DNA of 44,567 bases, from positions 1-44,567 of the IMG/VR virus record IMGVR_UViG_3300012921_000063; one strand, 5' to 3'. A model generated the notes under the pieces. That model did not search any database. It was not told where the DNA came from and was given only the letters and a program-made list of their open reading frames with translations. This stretch comes from a virus. Its lineage: Duplodnaviria > Caudoviricetes. This document shows positions 43,841-44,567 of this stretch, piece after piece (position 1 is the stretch's first letter; every line of letters begins with the position of its first letter). The translations under genes and the position numbers were made by a program.

Positions 43841-43880
43841 GAGCCGCCCGGCATCCAAGCCGAGGCGGCTTTTCATTTTC
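43841..43880 (+). terminator. Intrinsic terminator
   Basis: gagccgcc-cggc-atccaa-gccg-a-ggcggctt followed by ttcattttc. Confidence 0.7.
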
Positions 43881-43899
43881 AGGCTTTGCAAGAGAGCGG

Positions 43900-44217
43900 T
43901 CACTTCGAGGGCTCGTCGCGCCACTTGGCGCGCCGGACGTAGCGGACCTCCACCAGCCGCCGCAGCGTGATTTTCTGCCGCTCAGCTGCTGGCGGGACCT
44001 CGCCCTTCACCTCGGATAGGCTGCCGCACCGCGTGCATTTGAGCGGGAAGACGAGGTCGTCCACCTCGATATCGCCGTACACCTGCCGCAGCTCGGCCGG
44101 CAGGAACCAGCGCTCGCGCTTGTCATAGGGACAGCGGACGCGGATCAGCATGTCGTTCCGATCGGCGTCCGACAGCGTGAAGGCTCCCTTCCGTTTCGGC
44201 CAATACGGCTCCGGCAT
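43900..44217 (-). CDS. Zinc-ribbon-like hypothetical protein, probably SOS-regulated
   Basis: GGAG RBS; RCPYD..., KCTRCG. Confidence 0.75.
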   Translation of the reverse strand: MPEPYWPKRKGAFTLSDADRNDMLIRVRCPYDKRERWFLPAELRQVYGDIEVDDLVFPLKCTRCGSLSEVKGEVPPAAERQKITLRRLVEVRYVRRAKWRDEPSK

Positions 44218-44243
44218 TGACTCCGCTCACGCTTGACTCTTTT

Positions 44244-44258
44244 GTTCTCATTTCGTTC
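44244..44258. promoter_or_regulatory. Alphaproteobacterial LexA box GTTC-N7-GTTC
   Basis: gttc-tcatttc-gttc between divergent genes; TTGACT at 44233-44238. Confidence 0.85.
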
Positions 44259-44288
44259 ACTTAGGGCAGGCGGTCAATCCGCAGGAGT

Positions 44289-44567
44289 GTGACGATGGGT
44301 AGCGTGACGTTGATGCTGACGCCTGCGGAAGATTTCGCCTTGGCCACGCGGTACGGCGGGGAGCCGCCGCGCGACGAGCACGTCACCTATGTCGGACGCA
44401 CGGCCGACGGCGAGGTCGCGCATTTCCGCTGGCGCGTGCATCCCGATCTCGACGACGAGCAGGATGACCCGTATTGGGCGCGGCTCGATACGGACGAGAT
44501 TTTCGAAGCTGTCGAGTGGGCGCCGTCGTCAATGGACGGTGGCCAGATCGCGAAGCTTTACAGCTGA
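44289..44567 (+). CDS. Acidic hypothetical protein, probably SOS-regulated
   Basis: AGGAG RBS, GTG start, downstream of the LexA box. Confidence 0.65.
   Translation: MTMGSVTLMLTPAEDFALATRYGGEPPRDEHVTYVGRTADGEVAHFRWRVHPDLDDEQDDPYWARLDTDEIFEAVEWAPSSMDGGQIAKLYS

Larger units (their letters stand above)
1..44567. mobile_element. Temperate siphovirus-like prophage (HK97-type head, lambda-like genetic switch)
   Basis: Integrase, cI/cro, replication, terminase, portal, protease, capsid, tail tube, tape measure and lysis genes in canonical lambdoid order; att sites lie outside the window. Confidence 0.97.

Noticed and set aside
1-44567. attL/attR, tRNA or rRNA genes; gene transfer agent
   Set aside because: The window is clipped at gene boundaries and no terminal direct repeat or RNA gene was recognised; integrase, repressor and replication genes argue for a true prophage rather than a GTA

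Overview
The window is a near-complete temperate siphovirus-type prophage of a high-GC alphaproteobacterium, probably Rhizobiales (inferred from a GTTC-N7-GTTC LexA box and the gene families). It runs from the integrase start codon to the last gene, so no att sites are visible. Gene order: tyrosine integrase; leftward early operon (includes a 24 x 9-aa repeat protein); OL operators, an outer-membrane-protein gene, cI, OR operators and cro; rightward early operon (CII-like protein, three DNA methyltransferases, replication initiator with iterons, NusG-like antiterminator); HNH, cos region and terminase; HK97-type head; non-contractile tail with a -1 frameshift chaperone; tail fibres; lysis cassette; a micropeptide/HTH module; an SOS-controlled divergent gene pair. 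The most unusual structures are: (i) three antisense cargo genes in the early operon, each covered by an in-register sense 'bridge' ORF joined by ATGA overlaps to both neighbours; (ii) a C5-methyltransferase locus dual-coded in two frames over about 1.35 kb, with tandem WxTP modules and motif IX in the second frame; (iii) a repeat protein with an invariant nucleotide core and variable di-residues; (iv) an OMP gene in the lambda rexAB position; (v) a capsid protein with a signal-peptide-like N-terminus. All family calls come from motif recognition by eye; no database searches were run.
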